Source: a plasmid. Taken from it: 64,000 nucleotides of DNA. Of the stretch, positions 39,981 to 51,923 are shown in pieces. Within the stretch, counting starts at the first letter, position 1. Every line of letters begins with the position of its first letter. The stretch lies in the sequence record NZ_CP019209.1. The stretch is one strand, 5' to 3'. A model generated the notes under the pieces. It did no database searches. It saw nothing but the letters and a program-made list of their open reading frames with translations, and was not told where the DNA came from. The position numbers and the translations under genes were made by a program.

Positions 39981-40811
39981 ATGAAAACATCAAAAGAAAA
40001 AAATATTTCTAAATACTTGCTTTTATTATTAGGGGGCTTCATGATTTTAGTTCCCTTAGTTTCAACGCTATTCGGTTCATTTAAAACAACACCCGATATT
40101 ATGAATAATTTCTTTCGTTTTCCTAATCCAGCGACTTTGGAAAATTTCCGAAGATTGTTAGCGGATGGAATTGGTCATTACTTTTGGAATTCGGCAATCA
40201 TCACAATCATTGCAGTAGTTGCTGTGACAGCAATTATTCCTATGGCTGCTTATTCACTAGCAAGAAAAATGACTCGTGGGAAAGCATACGGATTGATGTA
40301 TTTATTTTTAATTTTAGGAATTTTTGTTCCTTTCCAAGTAATTATGATTCCGATTACCGTTATGATGAGTAAAATTGGTTTAGCAAATATGTGGGGATTA
40401 ATCTTACTCTATCTCACTTATGCCGTACCACAGACACTATTTTTATATGTTGGTTTTATTAAACTAAATGTGCCTATCAGTCTGGATGAGGCTGCTGAAA
40501 TTGATGGGGCTAGTCACTTTACAACTTATTTCAAAATTGTTTTCCCAATGTTAAAACCAATGCATGCGACGACTATTATTCTTAATGCTCTATGGTTTTG
40601 GAATGATTTCATGCTACCATTATTAATTTTAAATCGTGATTCTAATATGTGGACACTACCATTGTTTCAATATAATTATACGGGACAATATTTTAACGAC
40701 TATGGTCCAAGTTTTGCTTCCTATACAGTAGGAATTGTCACGATTACACTAGTTTATCTTGCTTTCCAAAGAAGTATTATAGCTGGAATGAGCAATGGAG
40801 CAGTGAAATAA
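39981..40811 (+). CDS. Sugar ABC transporter permease (MalG-like)
   Basis: EAA loop LDEAAEIDGASHFTTYFKIVFPM. Confidence 0.85.
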   Translation: MKTSKEKNISKYLLLLLGGFMILVPLVSTLFGSFKTTPDIMNNFFRFPNPATLENFRRLLADGIGHYFWNSAIITIIAVVAVTAIIPMAAYSLARKMTRGKAYGLMYLFLILGIFVPFQVIMIPITVMMSKIGLANMWGLILLYLTYAVPQTLFLYVGFIKLNVPISLDEAAEIDGASHFTTYFKIVFPMLKPMHATTIILNALWFWNDFMLPLLILNRDSNMWTLPLFQYNYTGQYFNDYGPSFASYTVGIVTITLVYLAFQRSIIAGMSNGAVK

Positions 40812-40850
40812 CCAATAAATTATTCTCATTATAAAGGAGTTCATAAACTT

Positions 40851-43034
40851 ATGATTATATTTGACAATCACACACAAACATTTCATTTACAAAATAAAAA
40901 AATTAGCTATCTATTAGGAATCGAAGAAAATAATTATTTAACGCATCTTTATTTTGGAAAAAAGATTACGCACTATTCTGGTGGGTATCGCTACCCCCGA
41001 ACAGATCGTTCCTTCTCACCCAACAATGCAAATGCGCAAGATCGTTTATTATCTTTAGATACATTACCATTAGAATTTCCAGGATATGGACATGGTGATT
41101 TTAGAGAACCGGCGCATAATATTAAATTAGGAAACGGTAGTCGTGTAAATGATTTTCGTTATGATAGCTACGAAATTCAAAAAGGAAAGCCCAGCTTAGC
41201 GGGATTGCCAGCCTTATATACGGAAGATGATGATGAAGCTGAAACGCTGATTATTCAATTGAAAGACGCGATTAGTGGATTGACTTTACAGTTGTTCTAC
41301 ACAATTTATCAAAATCACAGTGTAATTATTCGTTCTACGCAATTAGTAAATAATAGTGATGAAACAGTGGAGATTAACCGCTTAGCTAGTCAATCAATTG
41401 ATTTTCCAAATCGTCCACTCGAGTTAATTCATTTAAATGGTACCTGGGCAAGAGAACGTCAAATGACTAGAGAAAAAATTCATACAGGGATAAAAGTATT
41501 AGATAGTAAACGCGGATCAAGCAGCCATCAACAAAATCCGTTTGTTGCTTTAGTAGATGCCAAAACAGATGAATTTCAAGGAGAGGCATATGGATTTAAT
41601 TTAGTTTATAGCGGTAATCACGAAACGGTGATTCAAAAAGATCCATTTGACCAAACACGGGTCATTATGGGAATTAATTCATTTAATTTTGGTTGGCAAC
41701 TAAAAACTGGCGACTCATTTCAAACGCCAGAAGTCGTGATGGTTTATAGTAATGAAGGTCTGAATACGTTATCACAGACGTATCATGAATTGTATAATCA
41801 CCGTTTAATTCGTGGAAACTATCGTTTACAAGAACGTCCCACGTTAATCAACAACTGGGAAGCAACGTATTTTGATTTTAACGAAGAAAAAATCATGAAT
41901 ATTGTCGATGATGCGAAGAACTTGGGCATTGAAATGTTTGTTTTAGATGATGGTTGGTTTGGCGGTCGTGAAAATGACTTCACTTCATTAGGTGATTGGG
42001 TTGAAACAGAAGGCAAACTTGCTTGTGGTTTGGAAAATTTAGCCAAGCAAGTGCATGATAACGGGATGAAATTTGGGATTTGGTTTGAACCGGAAATGAT
42101 TTCTGAAGATAGTGAACTATTTCGAGCACATCCAGATTGGGCATTGGGTATTCCAGGTCGTGACCGCTCAATTAGTCGAAATCAATATGTTCTTGATTTT
42201 TCAAGACAAGATGTTCGTGATAATATCTATCAACAAATGACGGCGATTTTTGATCGTGTACCGATTGATTATGTGAAGTGGGATATGAATCGAAATATGA
42301 CAGAAGTCTATTCTGTCTTGTTGGACTCAACGATGCAAGGTGAAGTGGCTCATCGTTATATGTTAGGGTTATATGAATTTTTAGAAAAGTTAACAACGAA
42401 TTATCCAACTATTTTATTTGAAAGTTGTTCGGGTGGAGGCGGTCGTTTTGATGCAGGTTTCTTGTATTACATGCCACAAACTTGGACGAGCGACAATACC
42501 GATGCCGTGGCTCGTCTGAAAATTCAATATGGAACCAGCTTAGTGTATCCAATTTCAAGTATGGGTGCGCATGTTTCAGCAGTCCCAAATCATCAAACAG
42601 GAAGAGAAACGAGTTTAACTATTCGTGGCAATGCTGCGATGGCTGGTGTTTTTGGTTATGAGCTAGATCTAACGCAATTAACTTCTGAAGAAAAAGCAGA
42701 AATTAAAGAACAAGTTGCCTTTTATAAAAAGCATCGCCAACTTTTGCAATATGGAACTTTTTATCGCTTGGAAAGTCCGTTTGAAGGCAATGATACTGCA
42801 TGGATGTTTGTCTCAAAAGACCAAACAGAAGCCATGGTCTTTTATTTCCGAGTATTAGCAGAAGCTGCGCATCCATTAGTCACATTGAAATTAGCAGGAT
42901 TAGCAGAAGAAGCAACTTATCAAATGGAAGATGTAACATTTGCTGGCGATGAATTGATGAATCTCGGTTTTTATATTGACTCAGAACTACATGGTGATTA
43001 TGCGACACAACGCTTTTATTTGAAACAGATATAG
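40851..43034 (+). CDS. Glycoside hydrolase family 36 alpha-galactosidase
   Basis: 727 aa; GH36 catalytic region KWDMNR ... CSGGGGRFD. Confidence 0.85.
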   Translation: MIIFDNHTQTFHLQNKKISYLLGIEENNYLTHLYFGKKITHYSGGYRYPRTDRSFSPNNANAQDRLLSLDTLPLEFPGYGHGDFREPAHNIKLGNGSRVNDFRYDSYEIQKGKPSLAGLPALYTEDDDEAETLIIQLKDAISGLTLQLFYTIYQNHSVIIRSTQLVNNSDETVEINRLASQSIDFPNRPLELIHLNGTWARERQMTREKIHTGIKVLDSKRGSSSHQQNPFVALVDAKTDEFQGEAYGFNLVYSGNHETVIQKDPFDQTRVIMGINSFNFGWQLKTGDSFQTPEVVMVYSNEGLNTLSQTYHELYNHRLIRGNYRLQERPTLINNWEATYFDFNEEKIMNIVDDAKNLGIEMFVLDDGWFGGRENDFTSLGDWVETEGKLACGLENLAKQVHDNGMKFGIWFEPEMISEDSELFRAHPDWALGIPGRDRSISRNQYVLDFSRQDVRDNIYQQMTAIFDRVPIDYVKWDMNRNMTEVYSVLLDSTMQGEVAHRYMLGLYEFLEKLTTNYPTILFESCSGGGGRFDAGFLYYMPQTWTSDNTDAVARLKIQYGTSLVYPISSMGAHVSAVPNHQTGRETSLTIRGNAAMAGVFGYELDLTQLTSEEKAEIKEQVAFYKKHRQLLQYGTFYRLESPFEGNDTAWMFVSKDQTEAMVFYFRVLAEAAHPLVTLKLAGLAEEATYQMEDVTFAGDELMNLGFYIDSELHGDYATQRFYLKQI

Positions 43035-43055
43035 TAGCTTGAATTTACAATATAA

Positions 43056-44315
43056 GTGCAACACCAAAAGAGACTCATTCCAAACGAAGAAAATATGTTT
43101 TATTTACACGCATTTACTAAAAAGCAGCCTGATTTGAATTGGGAAAATGAAGAAGTACGTGAAGAAATCTATGCAATGATTAACTATTGGTTAGATAAAG
43201 GACTAGGCGGATTTAGAATCGATGCGATATTAAACATCAAAAAAAAACTAGAGTATGGCATCTTTGAATCTGATGGAGAAGATGGGTTAGCCTTCATTGG
43301 GCCCTGGATTCTTAATCAGTCGGGCATTGAAGTGTGGTTAAAAGAAATGAGAGAGCGGACATTTAAACCACATAATAGTATGACGGTAGCAGAAGCCGAT
43401 GTTCCTAATGAACGTTTAGATGAATATATTGGTGAAGATGGCTATTATTCGATGGTTTTTGATTTTAGTTATACGGATATTGATGTACCTGAAACTGGTG
43501 AATGGTTTAAATATAGCCAATGGACATGGACGGATATGCGTACCAATATTTTTACGAATCAATTAGTTACGCAAGATAAAGGTTGGGGCGCCTTATATTT
43601 AGAAAACCACGATCAACCACGTTCAATTAATAAATATATTCCAGAAGAATGGATCAATGATTATAGTAAAAAAATGTTGGCGACGCTTTTTATGTTACTA
43701 AGAGGTACCCCTTTTATTTATCAAGGACAAGAACTAGGAATGACCAACATAGAAATGGCATCATTAGAAGATTTTGATGATGTAGCTACGCATTCTCAGT
43801 ATAAACGGGCATTAGAATATGGATTGGCACCAGAGCAAGCATTGAAAGCTGTCAATAAACGAAGTCGGGATAATTCTCGCACACCTATGCAATGGAATAC
43901 GCAAAAAAATGCCAGATTCTCAACTTCTGATAATGTATGTTTAAAAGTAAATCCTAATTATCCAGAACTCAATGCAGAAGCTCAGTTAACCAATCAACAG
44001 TCGGTATTCAATTATTATCATCAATTAATTAAATTAAGAAAAAATAGTGTATACAAAGACGTGCTAATCTACGGACAATTTCTACCAGTGAAAGATAAAA
44101 ATGAACATATTTTGCTTTATGAACGCCAATTAGAAGATAAAATCGTATTAGTTATCTTAAACGTTACAGCAACAGAACAAGAATATTATGTAGATGAACA
44201 GTACCAACAAGTATTAATCAATAATTATGAAGATGTTTTATTAGATCAAAGTCGAAAATTGCGTTTACGACCGTTTGAAAGTATTGTATTAGCTAATTAT
44301 GGAGGACAATTATGA
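43056..44315 (+). pseudogene. GH13 oligo-1,6-glucosidase (dexB-like), missing ~140 N-terminal residues
   Basis: Begins at conserved QPDLNWENEEVR block; nucleophile region GFRIDAI present; no room upstream for N-terminal barrel strands. Confidence 0.7.
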
Positions 44316-45772
44316 AAATTAAAAACGAAGCAATGCTCATCACCTATGCAGATAGTTTAGGAAAAAACATGGGCGAATTAAAACAAGTCTTAGACAAACA
44401 TTTACAAGGTGTTATTGGTGGTGTACATCTGTTGCCTTTTTTTCCATCGACAGGTGATCGAGGCTTTGCGCCGAGTGATTATACGACAGTTGATCCAGCT
44501 CTTGGAACATGGGAAGATGTGGAAGCATTAGGTGAAGATTATTATTTGATGTTTGATTTTATGATTAATCACATTTCTCGTGAATCAAAATTTTTCCAAG
44601 ATTTCAAAAAAAACCATGAGCAGTCACCATACAAAGAAATGTTTATCCGTATTCATGAATTTTTCCCAGAAAATCGACCAACACAAGAAGATATTGATTT
44701 AATCTACAAGCGTAAAGACAAAGCGCCGTTTCAAACGGTAGAATTTGCGGATGGTACGACAGAAGAGGTTTGGAATACCTTTGGGGAAGAACAAATTGAT
44801 TTAGATGTGACCAAAGAAGTTGTGAAAGAATTTATTCGAGAAACCATCAAAGATATGGCGAACCATGGCTGTTCTTTAATTCGATTAGATGCGTTTGCTT
44901 ATGCGATTAAAAAATTAGATACCAATGATTTCTTCGTGGAACCAGATATTTGGGAACTTTTAGACGAAGTGCGTCAAGAAGCAGCGAAATATGACGTCGA
45001 ATTATTACCAGAAATCCATGAGCATTATTCCATTCAAATGAAAATTGCCAATCATGATTATTATATCTATGACTTCGCCTTGCCAATGGTCACTCTGTAT
45101 TCACTTTATAGTGGAAAATCAGAACGTTTAGCCAATTGGTTGAAAATGAGTCCGATGAAGCAGTTTACAACATTGGATACGCATGATGGAATTGGTGTTG
45201 TGGACGCTCGTGATTTATTAACAGATGAAGAATTGGATTACACCTCTGAGGAATTGTATAAAGTCGGGGCGAATGTGAAGAAGGTCTATTCAAGTGCCAA
45301 TTACAATAATTTAGATATTTATCAAATTAACAGCACCTATTATAGTGCATTAGGCGATAATGACCGTAGCTATCTGTTAGCACGTGCGATTCAAGTATTT
45401 GCGCCAGGGATTCCACAAATTTATTACGTTGGGTTATTAGCAGGAAAAAATGATATTGAACTGTTGGAAGCAACGAAAGAAGGGCGTAATATTAATCGTC
45501 ATTACTATGATTTAGCCGAAATTGAAGAAGAAGTGCAACGGCCAGTGACTCAACAATTATTTGCACTTTTAAAATTTAGAAATGAATCTGCGGCGTTTGA
45601 TTTGGATGGAACGATTGAAGTAGCAACGCCATCAGAATCAGAAATAGTGATTACACGTAAAAATAAAAACGGTAGTGATAGTGCAACATTAACGGCTAAC
45701 TTGGATACGAAAGAATTTATCATTGAGTCTAAAGATATAAAAATTTTCACTAGTGTTGCATTAAAATTTTAA
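44312..45772 (+). CDS. gtfA: Sucrose phosphorylase (GH13_18)
   Basis: [17 protein letters not shown]... LIRLDAFAY; ATGA overlap with upstream gene. Confidence 0.85.
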   Translation: MKIKNEAMLITYADSLGKNMGELKQVLDKHLQGVIGGVHLLPFFPSTGDRGFAPSDYTTVDPALGTWEDVEALGEDYYLMFDFMINHISRESKFFQDFKKNHEQSPYKEMFIRIHEFFPENRPTQEDIDLIYKRKDKAPFQTVEFADGTTEEVWNTFGEEQIDLDVTKEVVKEFIRETIKDMANHGCSLIRLDAFAYAIKKLDTNDFFVEPDIWELLDEVRQEAAKYDVELLPEIHEHYSIQMKIANHDYYIYDFALPMVTLYSLYSGKSERLANWLKMSPMKQFTTLDTHDGIGVVDARDLLTDEELDYTSEELYKVGANVKKVYSSANYNNLDIYQINSTYYSALGDNDRSYLLARAIQVFAPGIPQIYYVGLLAGKNDIELLEATKEGRNINRHYYDLAEIEEEVQRPVTQQLFALLKFRNESAAFDLDGTIEVATPSESEIVITRKNKNGSDSATLTANLDTKEFIIESKDIKIFTSVALKF

Positions 45773-45774
45773 CC

Positions 45775-47040
45775 TATTCCATAGAACAAAAAATCCTTTA
45801 TACTAGCACTTGGATGACTTATCCAAGACCAATAAAAAGGACTCATACATGGATAAGTATAAAACAAATACAGCATTTAATAAATGGTTTTCTGCCATAA
45901 AATTAGGAAAACTTTCTGTCAACTCCCAAAAATGTATTTTTGATTACAATTCGTATCGTAAAAAACTGTCTTTTGAAGCTGTGCTCAAGCTCTTTCTCTA
46001 CGCAGTTAATGAAGAAAAAGAAAGTTTGCGTGATTTGAGTACAGCTCTTATCGACCGATCGCTCCAACTAGAAACCGATGTGTCATCGATTAGTCATACC
46101 CAATTGTCTCGAGCATTTAATGCACTTGAACCTAAAGTGTTAGAAGAAATTTTTCAACAACTGTTAGAAAAAGTTCAACATCAAATCAAACCAACCAAGC
46201 GAAATCATCTGTATCTGATTGATTCCAGTACGTTTTCGCTTAGTTTAAAACGTCATAAGTGGGCGACTTTCCGTCAAACAAAATCAGGTGTCAAGTTACA
46301 CTTAAACTATTGTTATATGGACGATACTACGATGTATCCAACTGATTTTACCTTAACAAATGCCCATGAACATGATCTCAATCAACTACCAGTATTGGTG
46401 AATCAACCAGAGGCAACTTACGTGTTTGATCGTGGGTATTAGGACTTTGAAAAGATGGATCAGATGCATTGGGATGGCTATTTCTTCGTCACTCGGATTA
46501 AAAAAAACACCAAAGTTCACGTGATAGATACTCTGGAAACATCGCCAGAAACAGAAATTCTACGAGACGAGCTGGTTCGTTTAGGATCTAAAACCTATCT
46601 AACCGCCAATTTCCGACTAGTCACTGTTCAAGATAAGAACGGACGTGTGTTTCAATTTATCACCAATCGAATGGACGTCTCTTCAAAAGAAATCTCTGAT
46701 ATGTATCACGCTCGTTGGCAAATCGAATTGTTTTTCAAGCACATCAAACAACACATGACCATTAAAACCTTCTTTTCTCAAAGTGAAAAAGGCGTGCAGA
46801 ATCAATTGATTTTAACGATGATTTCCGCTCTCCTCACGTTTCTCATCAAATTGGAGACGAAAACGGAAAAATCAGTGTTCCAAATCAAACGATTCTTTCG
46901 TTATTTACTGTTTCAGCCCTTTGAATGTTGTCTAGAAAAATTAATTCCCACATGAGAAAAAAGAAATTTGGCTCGTTACTTTTGGTTTTCAGTTGAATAA
47001 CAGATAAAAAATTTTCTGGAAAAAGTCATCCTCTGCGTCA
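45775..47040 (+). mobile_element. IS4-family insertion sequence; boundaries approximate
   Basis: DDE transposase blocks YLIDSSTF / VFDRGY / HARWQIELFFKHIKQ. Confidence 0.6.
45852..46955 (+). pseudogene. IS4-family transposase interrupted by in-frame TAG at 46441-46443 (DRGY*DFEKMD)
   Basis: Two ORFs 45810..46442 and 46455..46955 in the same frame. Confidence 0.75.
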
Positions 47041-47276
47041 GCACAGTTTTTTTTGACTTATTTTCAGAGGAAATAGTTTTCAGAATATTCTAAAATGTTT
47101 TATGCAACACTAGTGATATTTTTTAGAATTAGATTTCTAATGTGCATTTTTTGAGTATTAAGGAGCAAGTATACAAAGATTTATAAAGCTGATTAAATTT
47201 GAATAAAAATATGCAGGAACGCTACTATTTTTAGTAGTGTTCTTTTTTATATTTGAATAAAAAATGTGGTGGTTAA

Positions 47277-47486
47277 ATGGTGGTTATAACAAAAAATGAA
47301 TTAATGAAATTAGGTTATGGGAAGTATCAGTCTGAGAGAATCATACGACAGGCAAAAGCAATTATGGTTTCAAAAAGCTATACCTATTACGAAAATAGAA
47401 GATTAGGACTAGTACCTGTTGAATCTGTAGAAGAAGTTTTAGGTATGAAGATAGAGGTAGAGGAGGATTTTCAGAATCATGGTTAA
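47277..47486 (+). CDS. DUF3173-family small protein (commonly paired with tyrosine integrases of integrative elements)
   Basis: 69 aa MVVITKNELMKLGYGKYQSERIIRQAKAIM...; immediately upstream of integrase remnant. Confidence 0.5.
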   Translation: MVVITKNELMKLGYGKYQSERIIRQAKAIMVSKSYTYYENRRLGLVPVESVEEVLGMKIEVEEDFQNHG

Positions 47487-48624
47487 TTTTAAAAAAGATA
47501 AAAATGGGAAATATCATTTTACTGCTAGTTTGGGATTCGACAAACGAACAGGGAAAAGAGTACAAAAAAACGTAGAGGGGTTAAAACAGTTAAAGAAGAA
47601 AAAAAGCGTATACCGAACTTGTTTCTAATTATGGAAAAGAAGCAGAAACTTCTCAAAGTACTATGTTGTTTGAGGAGTTTTTTTATAAATTATTCCTACC
47701 TTATTATCAAGGGAAAGTAGAAGAAAGAACATATAAAAATCGGTTATCTACAATCAAAAAAACTTTTCTTATTTCTTTAAAATGGAGTTAAGAGAAATAC
47801 GTCCAATTGACATTCAAAAGTGGCAAAATAATTTATTGAGCAAATATAAAAATTCTTATGTAAGAAACATGTATGGGATTTTTCAGATGTCATTAGATCG
47901 AGCAGTTGTTTTGGGACTACTTGAAAAAAATCCTGCAAAAGTTATTGGAAATGTGAAGAAAAGGAAAACTACAGTTGATTTTTGGACAAAAGAAGAATTT
48001 ACAAAAGTTATTTCAACTTTTTATATTGATGATTTGTACCAACATTTTGGTTTTATTTGTATGTGGTTACTTTTTATGACCGTTATGCGTTTGGGAGAAG
48101 CCACTGCATTAACTTGGAAAGATATTGATTTTGAAAATAAAAACTTGCGTGTGAATAAAACACTCTATTATAAGAGAGCCAAAACCTATGAGTTTGTAGA
48201 ACCCGAAACGGCTTCTAGTATTCGTACAATCGAACTAGACGACAATACAATTACCTTTTTAAAAGCTTGGAAGGAGCGTCAAGTTTCAATAGGAGGCATG
48301 TCGTTTGTACTTTCTTATAATGGAACACCTACTCAGAAATATACAATCCGTCATATTATGAGAAGACATGCAACGATCGTTGGTGTTCATATAATCCGCA
48401 TACACGGATTAAGGCATAGTCATGCTTCTTTGCTTATATCACAATAAAAAGATGCACTTCGAATTAAAGAAAGGTTAAAACATGCTGATGTACAAACGAC
48501 TTTAGGAACTTATGGTCATTTGTATCTAAATTCATTGAGAGAGATAACAAATGATCCCACAGATTATATCCAAACTAATTTTTCTAAAATCAAACCGACA
48601 CCTATTTACGATAATAAAAAATAA
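47479..48624 (+). pseudogene. Tyrosine integrase (phage-integrase family) with N-terminal frameshifts in A-runs and internal TAA (48445-48447)
   Basis: Core ORF 47782..48447 has catalytic R...HGLRHSHAS; downstream in-frame KDALRIKERLKHADVQTTLGTYGHLY holds the catalytic Tyr. Confidence 0.7.
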
Positions 48625-48730
48625 ATGATAAACAAAAGTAGGATCACACCAAAAGAAACACACTAGAAAAACTATAATACAGGCTTTTCTAGCGTGTTGT
48701 TTCTTATTTCCGCCTATTTATACATTATAC

Positions 48731-49825
48731 TCATAAAGCATTTAATGCATCGATCGTAGCCGCATTGTCTATATGGGTATATAAAGTTGTTGTATTGGTA
48801 CTTGAATGTCCCAATTGTTGGGCAGTTAATACCAATGAATTTGTCTGTTGGTAGAGTCTAGTAGCTAATGTATGACGCAGTTTGTGAGGGCTGACTTGAA
48901 TTCTAAAGCCTTTTGAATATTTTGCTACCATCCGTTCGATTGCAATACCGGATATACGCTTGGCTTCTCCTTGGTAAATTGCTAGAAATAAAGCTTTTTC
49001 GTTTTCTGTTACTTTATATCGTTCTTTCCGAATAGCTAGATAATTAGCTAAATATTCCATTGCGAATGCTGCTATATTGACAGCATCTCTTTTATTTCCT
49101 TTTCTAGTTACTACCACATTATTCTTATCTAAAGATAGGTCATCTAAATTAATATTTATAACCTCGGAGAGTCTCAATCCAGATCCTAAAATCAGTGCAT
49201 TGATCGCCAGGTCTCTTTCTACATCTCGTTGATAATAGATCAAAGCTCGTTTACTCAAAGTATTTTTATATTCATTGGCAATATAATCTAGATAATTTTG
49301 TGTATCCTTATCTAGAAATAATTTTTTCTCAATGGCATTGGCACGTGCAGCTAACGTAGTTTTATCTGTGATGGTTGCTACTTGATCCATAGGATTATTG
49401 TCTAAGTATGGTTTTCCTAGAGGATTATTGGAACTTTTCGAAAGATATTTAAATAGAACCTTTAATGCCGTGATATTTCTATTGATAGTAGAAGTAGATA
49501 GACCTAAGTTATTATTATCTTTGAGCTTAGTTTTTGTTGTCTCTTTTTTTACATTTTCTTTTGTGCGACGTTTCAAATGAGATTTGTACAAGTTTAGGTC
49601 ATAGGCAGTTAACTGTCTTATCGAGGTGATAGAAGTATCAGGAACGATAGACTCACTCAGAAGCCATTCATAAAAGAGCTTATAATTTTTTAGATATTCT
49701 AAAGTGGTTCGAGGTGATTGATCTTTATCCTCACGATCTTGAACAAAATCTTTTATATAATCGGGCATATGAAGTATGATTGTATCTATTTTTTGATATA
49801 TTTCTGTATTTTTCATGTCATTCAT
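48731..49825 (-). CDS. xerS: XerS-like tyrosine recombinase (364 aa)
   Basis: Length and block pattern LAARANAIEKKLFL...LSKRAL...RDLAINALILGSGLRLSE...VTRKGNKRDAVNIAAFA...EKMVAKYS...HKLRHTLATRLY...QLGHSST..T.LYTHI match the single-recombinase XerS family as recalled. Confidence 0.6.
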   Translation of the reverse strand: MNDMKNTEIYQKIDTIILHMPDYIKDFVQDREDKDQSPRTTLEYLKNYKLFYEWLLSESIVPDTSITSIRQLTAYDLNLYKSHLKRRTKENVKKETTKTKLKDNNNLGLSTSTINRNITALKVLFKYLSKSSNNPLGKPYLDNNPMDQVATITDKTTLAARANAIEKKLFLDKDTQNYLDYIANEYKNTLSKRALIYYQRDVERDLAINALILGSGLRLSEVININLDDLSLDKNNVVVTRKGNKRDAVNIAAFAMEYLANYLAIRKERYKVTENEKALFLAIYQGEAKRISGIAIERMVAKYSKGFRIQVSPHKLRHTLATRLYQQTNSLVLTAQQLGHSSTNTTTLYTHIDNAATIDALNAL

Positions 49826-49853
49826 CCTTTCAATAAGTAGGGGAGAAGAGTAT

Positions 49854-49881
49854 CTCTATAATTGGACTATACCAATTATAG
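49854..49881. other. 28-bp palindrome with 11-bp arms and 6-bp spacer (TCTATAATTGG ACTATA CCAATTATAGA), candidate recombinase core site ~30 bp upstream of xerS-like gene
   Basis: Read directly; architecture equals Xer/dif-type sites. Confidence 0.45.
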
Positions 49882-50149
49882 AATGTTTTGTCAATTGGTA
49901 TGCTCTAAAATTTATTAATTTGTTTCAAAAAAAGCATATAAACAGGTATACGTTTAATAATTTAAAATAAATGGTATACATAAATAGGGAAGGAAATAGA
50001 AGGGAGCAATCTAAATTTTTTGAATTTTCTTAATTAATTATATAGAAAGAACAATCTTTCTATAGAGTTAGACATGAGAGGGACTATGCTTGATTTAAAA
50101 TCAACAAGCGTATATACTGTATATACAAAGAAAAAGGAGGGAGAAGACT

Positions 50150-50383
50150 ATGGCAATTAAAGAAAGAAAATTTAGGGAAGTGGGGAACTCAGTAGTATTA
50201 ACTATTTCAAAGGAGTTTCTTAAAGAAAATGGGTTAAATCCCGGAGATACGGTTTTTTTAGATGAAGAAAAACTTCGAGCGGCAATTACAAAAAAACAAG
50301 CCTTATCTGATGAAATTGATTTAGCAATATCTCAAGCATTAACTGAATATGATACTACTTTTAGAGAGCTTGTCGATAAATGA
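50150..50383 (+). CDS. Type II antitoxin, MazE/AbrB (SpoVT-AbrB) family
   Basis: KFREVGNSVVLTISKEF swapped-hairpin motif; RBS AGGAGGGAG. Confidence 0.7.
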   Translation: MAIKERKFREVGNSVVLTISKEFLKENGLNPGDTVFLDEEKLRAAITKKQALSDEIDLAISQALTEYDTTFRELVDK

Positions 50384-50787
50384 GTATTCATTACCTAGAA
50401 GCCAAAGATATTATAAAAATGAATGTAATCCAAATAAAAAAATACTCTCCTAATGAACCCCTTGGTGTAAAGGATGCGAATGCTTTAGAAATGTGTGTAG
50501 GGCAACTTCGAGCCTCAGCTTTTGGTGAAGAGGTTTATCCTTCGATTTATGAAAAAGCAGCTATCCTACTTATACAATTGATAAAGAAACATCCTTTTCA
50601 CAATGCAAATAAACGTACTGCTTTCTTAGCTACTTTTGTCTTTTTGAAAATCAATGGACAGCTTTTAGCTATTGATCAAAAAGATGCTGTAAATTTAGCG
50701 GTATATATTGCTACGTATGATAAGGATTTCGATCAACTAAAATATGAAGTGATCAACACTATAAAGACACATACGCAGCCCATTTAA
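50380..50787 (+). CDS. doc: Doc (death-on-curing) / Fic-family toxin
   Basis: Fic/Doc motif HPFHNANKRTAF; ATGA overlap with antitoxin. Confidence 0.8.
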   Translation: MSIHYLEAKDIIKMNVIQIKKYSPNEPLGVKDANALEMCVGQLRASAFGEEVYPSIYEKAAILLIQLIKKHPFHNANKRTAFLATFVFLKINGQLLAIDQKDAVNLAVYIATYDKDFDQLKYEVINTIKTHTQPI

Positions 50788-51299
50788 GGAGTTACTGTAT
50801 GTGTCTTTATAGTGTTATTAGCTGCTATAGCGAAATAATTGAAGTAAATTACAAATAGCTATAATTCAAATCCAAGTATATAGAAAACGTAAATTTTCTA
50901 TATAGTTGGATTAAGATAACGACTATTTATTTTATCATATTTTTACTGTACCCTATACTTTTACTTGGTATATTTATGAATAATCGCAAATTTACCCCTA
51001 TACTACTAGTTTGTAAGTTAGATTAATAAAAATACTAAAGTTATTTGTTCTTTTATTAAATACACCTACAACTTATAAATTGATGGTATTTAGATAACGC
51101 GAAAGAATAAAAATAACAGCTGATAGTAAAGTTTGTTGACGATTGCTACTCAATCGAAAGTGAGTTAGTGCGTATGAACTTGCTTCTGAAAACTTATGAA
51201 ATGAAAGACCTTTTACATCTTGCAGAAATCGTTACTGGGATTAAACTAAGCAATAAAAACTAATGTTCCCCTCATTCTTTGAACTTCTACTATTTGATT

Positions 51300-51644
51300 T
51301 ATTTATTCTGATAAATGACGATTTCACCTTCAGGATCTTCAAATCCCGTATAGAATTTATTTAAGATCTCTTCAGTATCAGTAATAGGATAGGCGATAGG
51401 CCACATACCCTTTGATGGTTAGAATAAACTGCTCAAAATCTGTATCGTATGTTGGCTTTAGCATATTAACAAAGGCTATCTCCAAATTATAAACCATAAG
51501 CGTTGAATCGTTCTTAACAATTTCAATTCTTCCTAACCCAAAGTCAGAAGATATAATTACCGGACTTGCCTTACCCTTCATGTGGGTTGTTGAGATTCCA
51601 TATTTAAAGGGAATTGTCGGTACTATCGGCGGTCTGAAAAACAT
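51300..51644 (-). pseudogene. Small VOC/glyoxalase-like protein, frameshifted near 51375
   Basis: 88-aa ORF followed in +1 frame by TDTEEILNKFYTGFEDPEGEIVIYQNK*. Confidence 0.35.
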
Positions 51645-51923
51645 CCCAAAAATAAAAAAATCTTTCCCCTGCTAGTCTCCTAAGTCCCTTTGCAGCGGAT
51701 ATGGCACCATAATCTCATTTTATCGAAGTGAGTCATGGTTTATCTGTTGGCCAACCAAAATTGATACAATCTAACGATGCACCCTCTACGGCATTCTAGG
51801 GGAGTGCACTTGCATTCACCCAATAAAAACCGGCAGTTAGCAAAGAACTTATGTAGTCGTATGTTCTTACTGTTAACATACAAGAGGTCTCCTTTCCACA
51901 ATTGCTTAGCAGTAAACGGGAAT

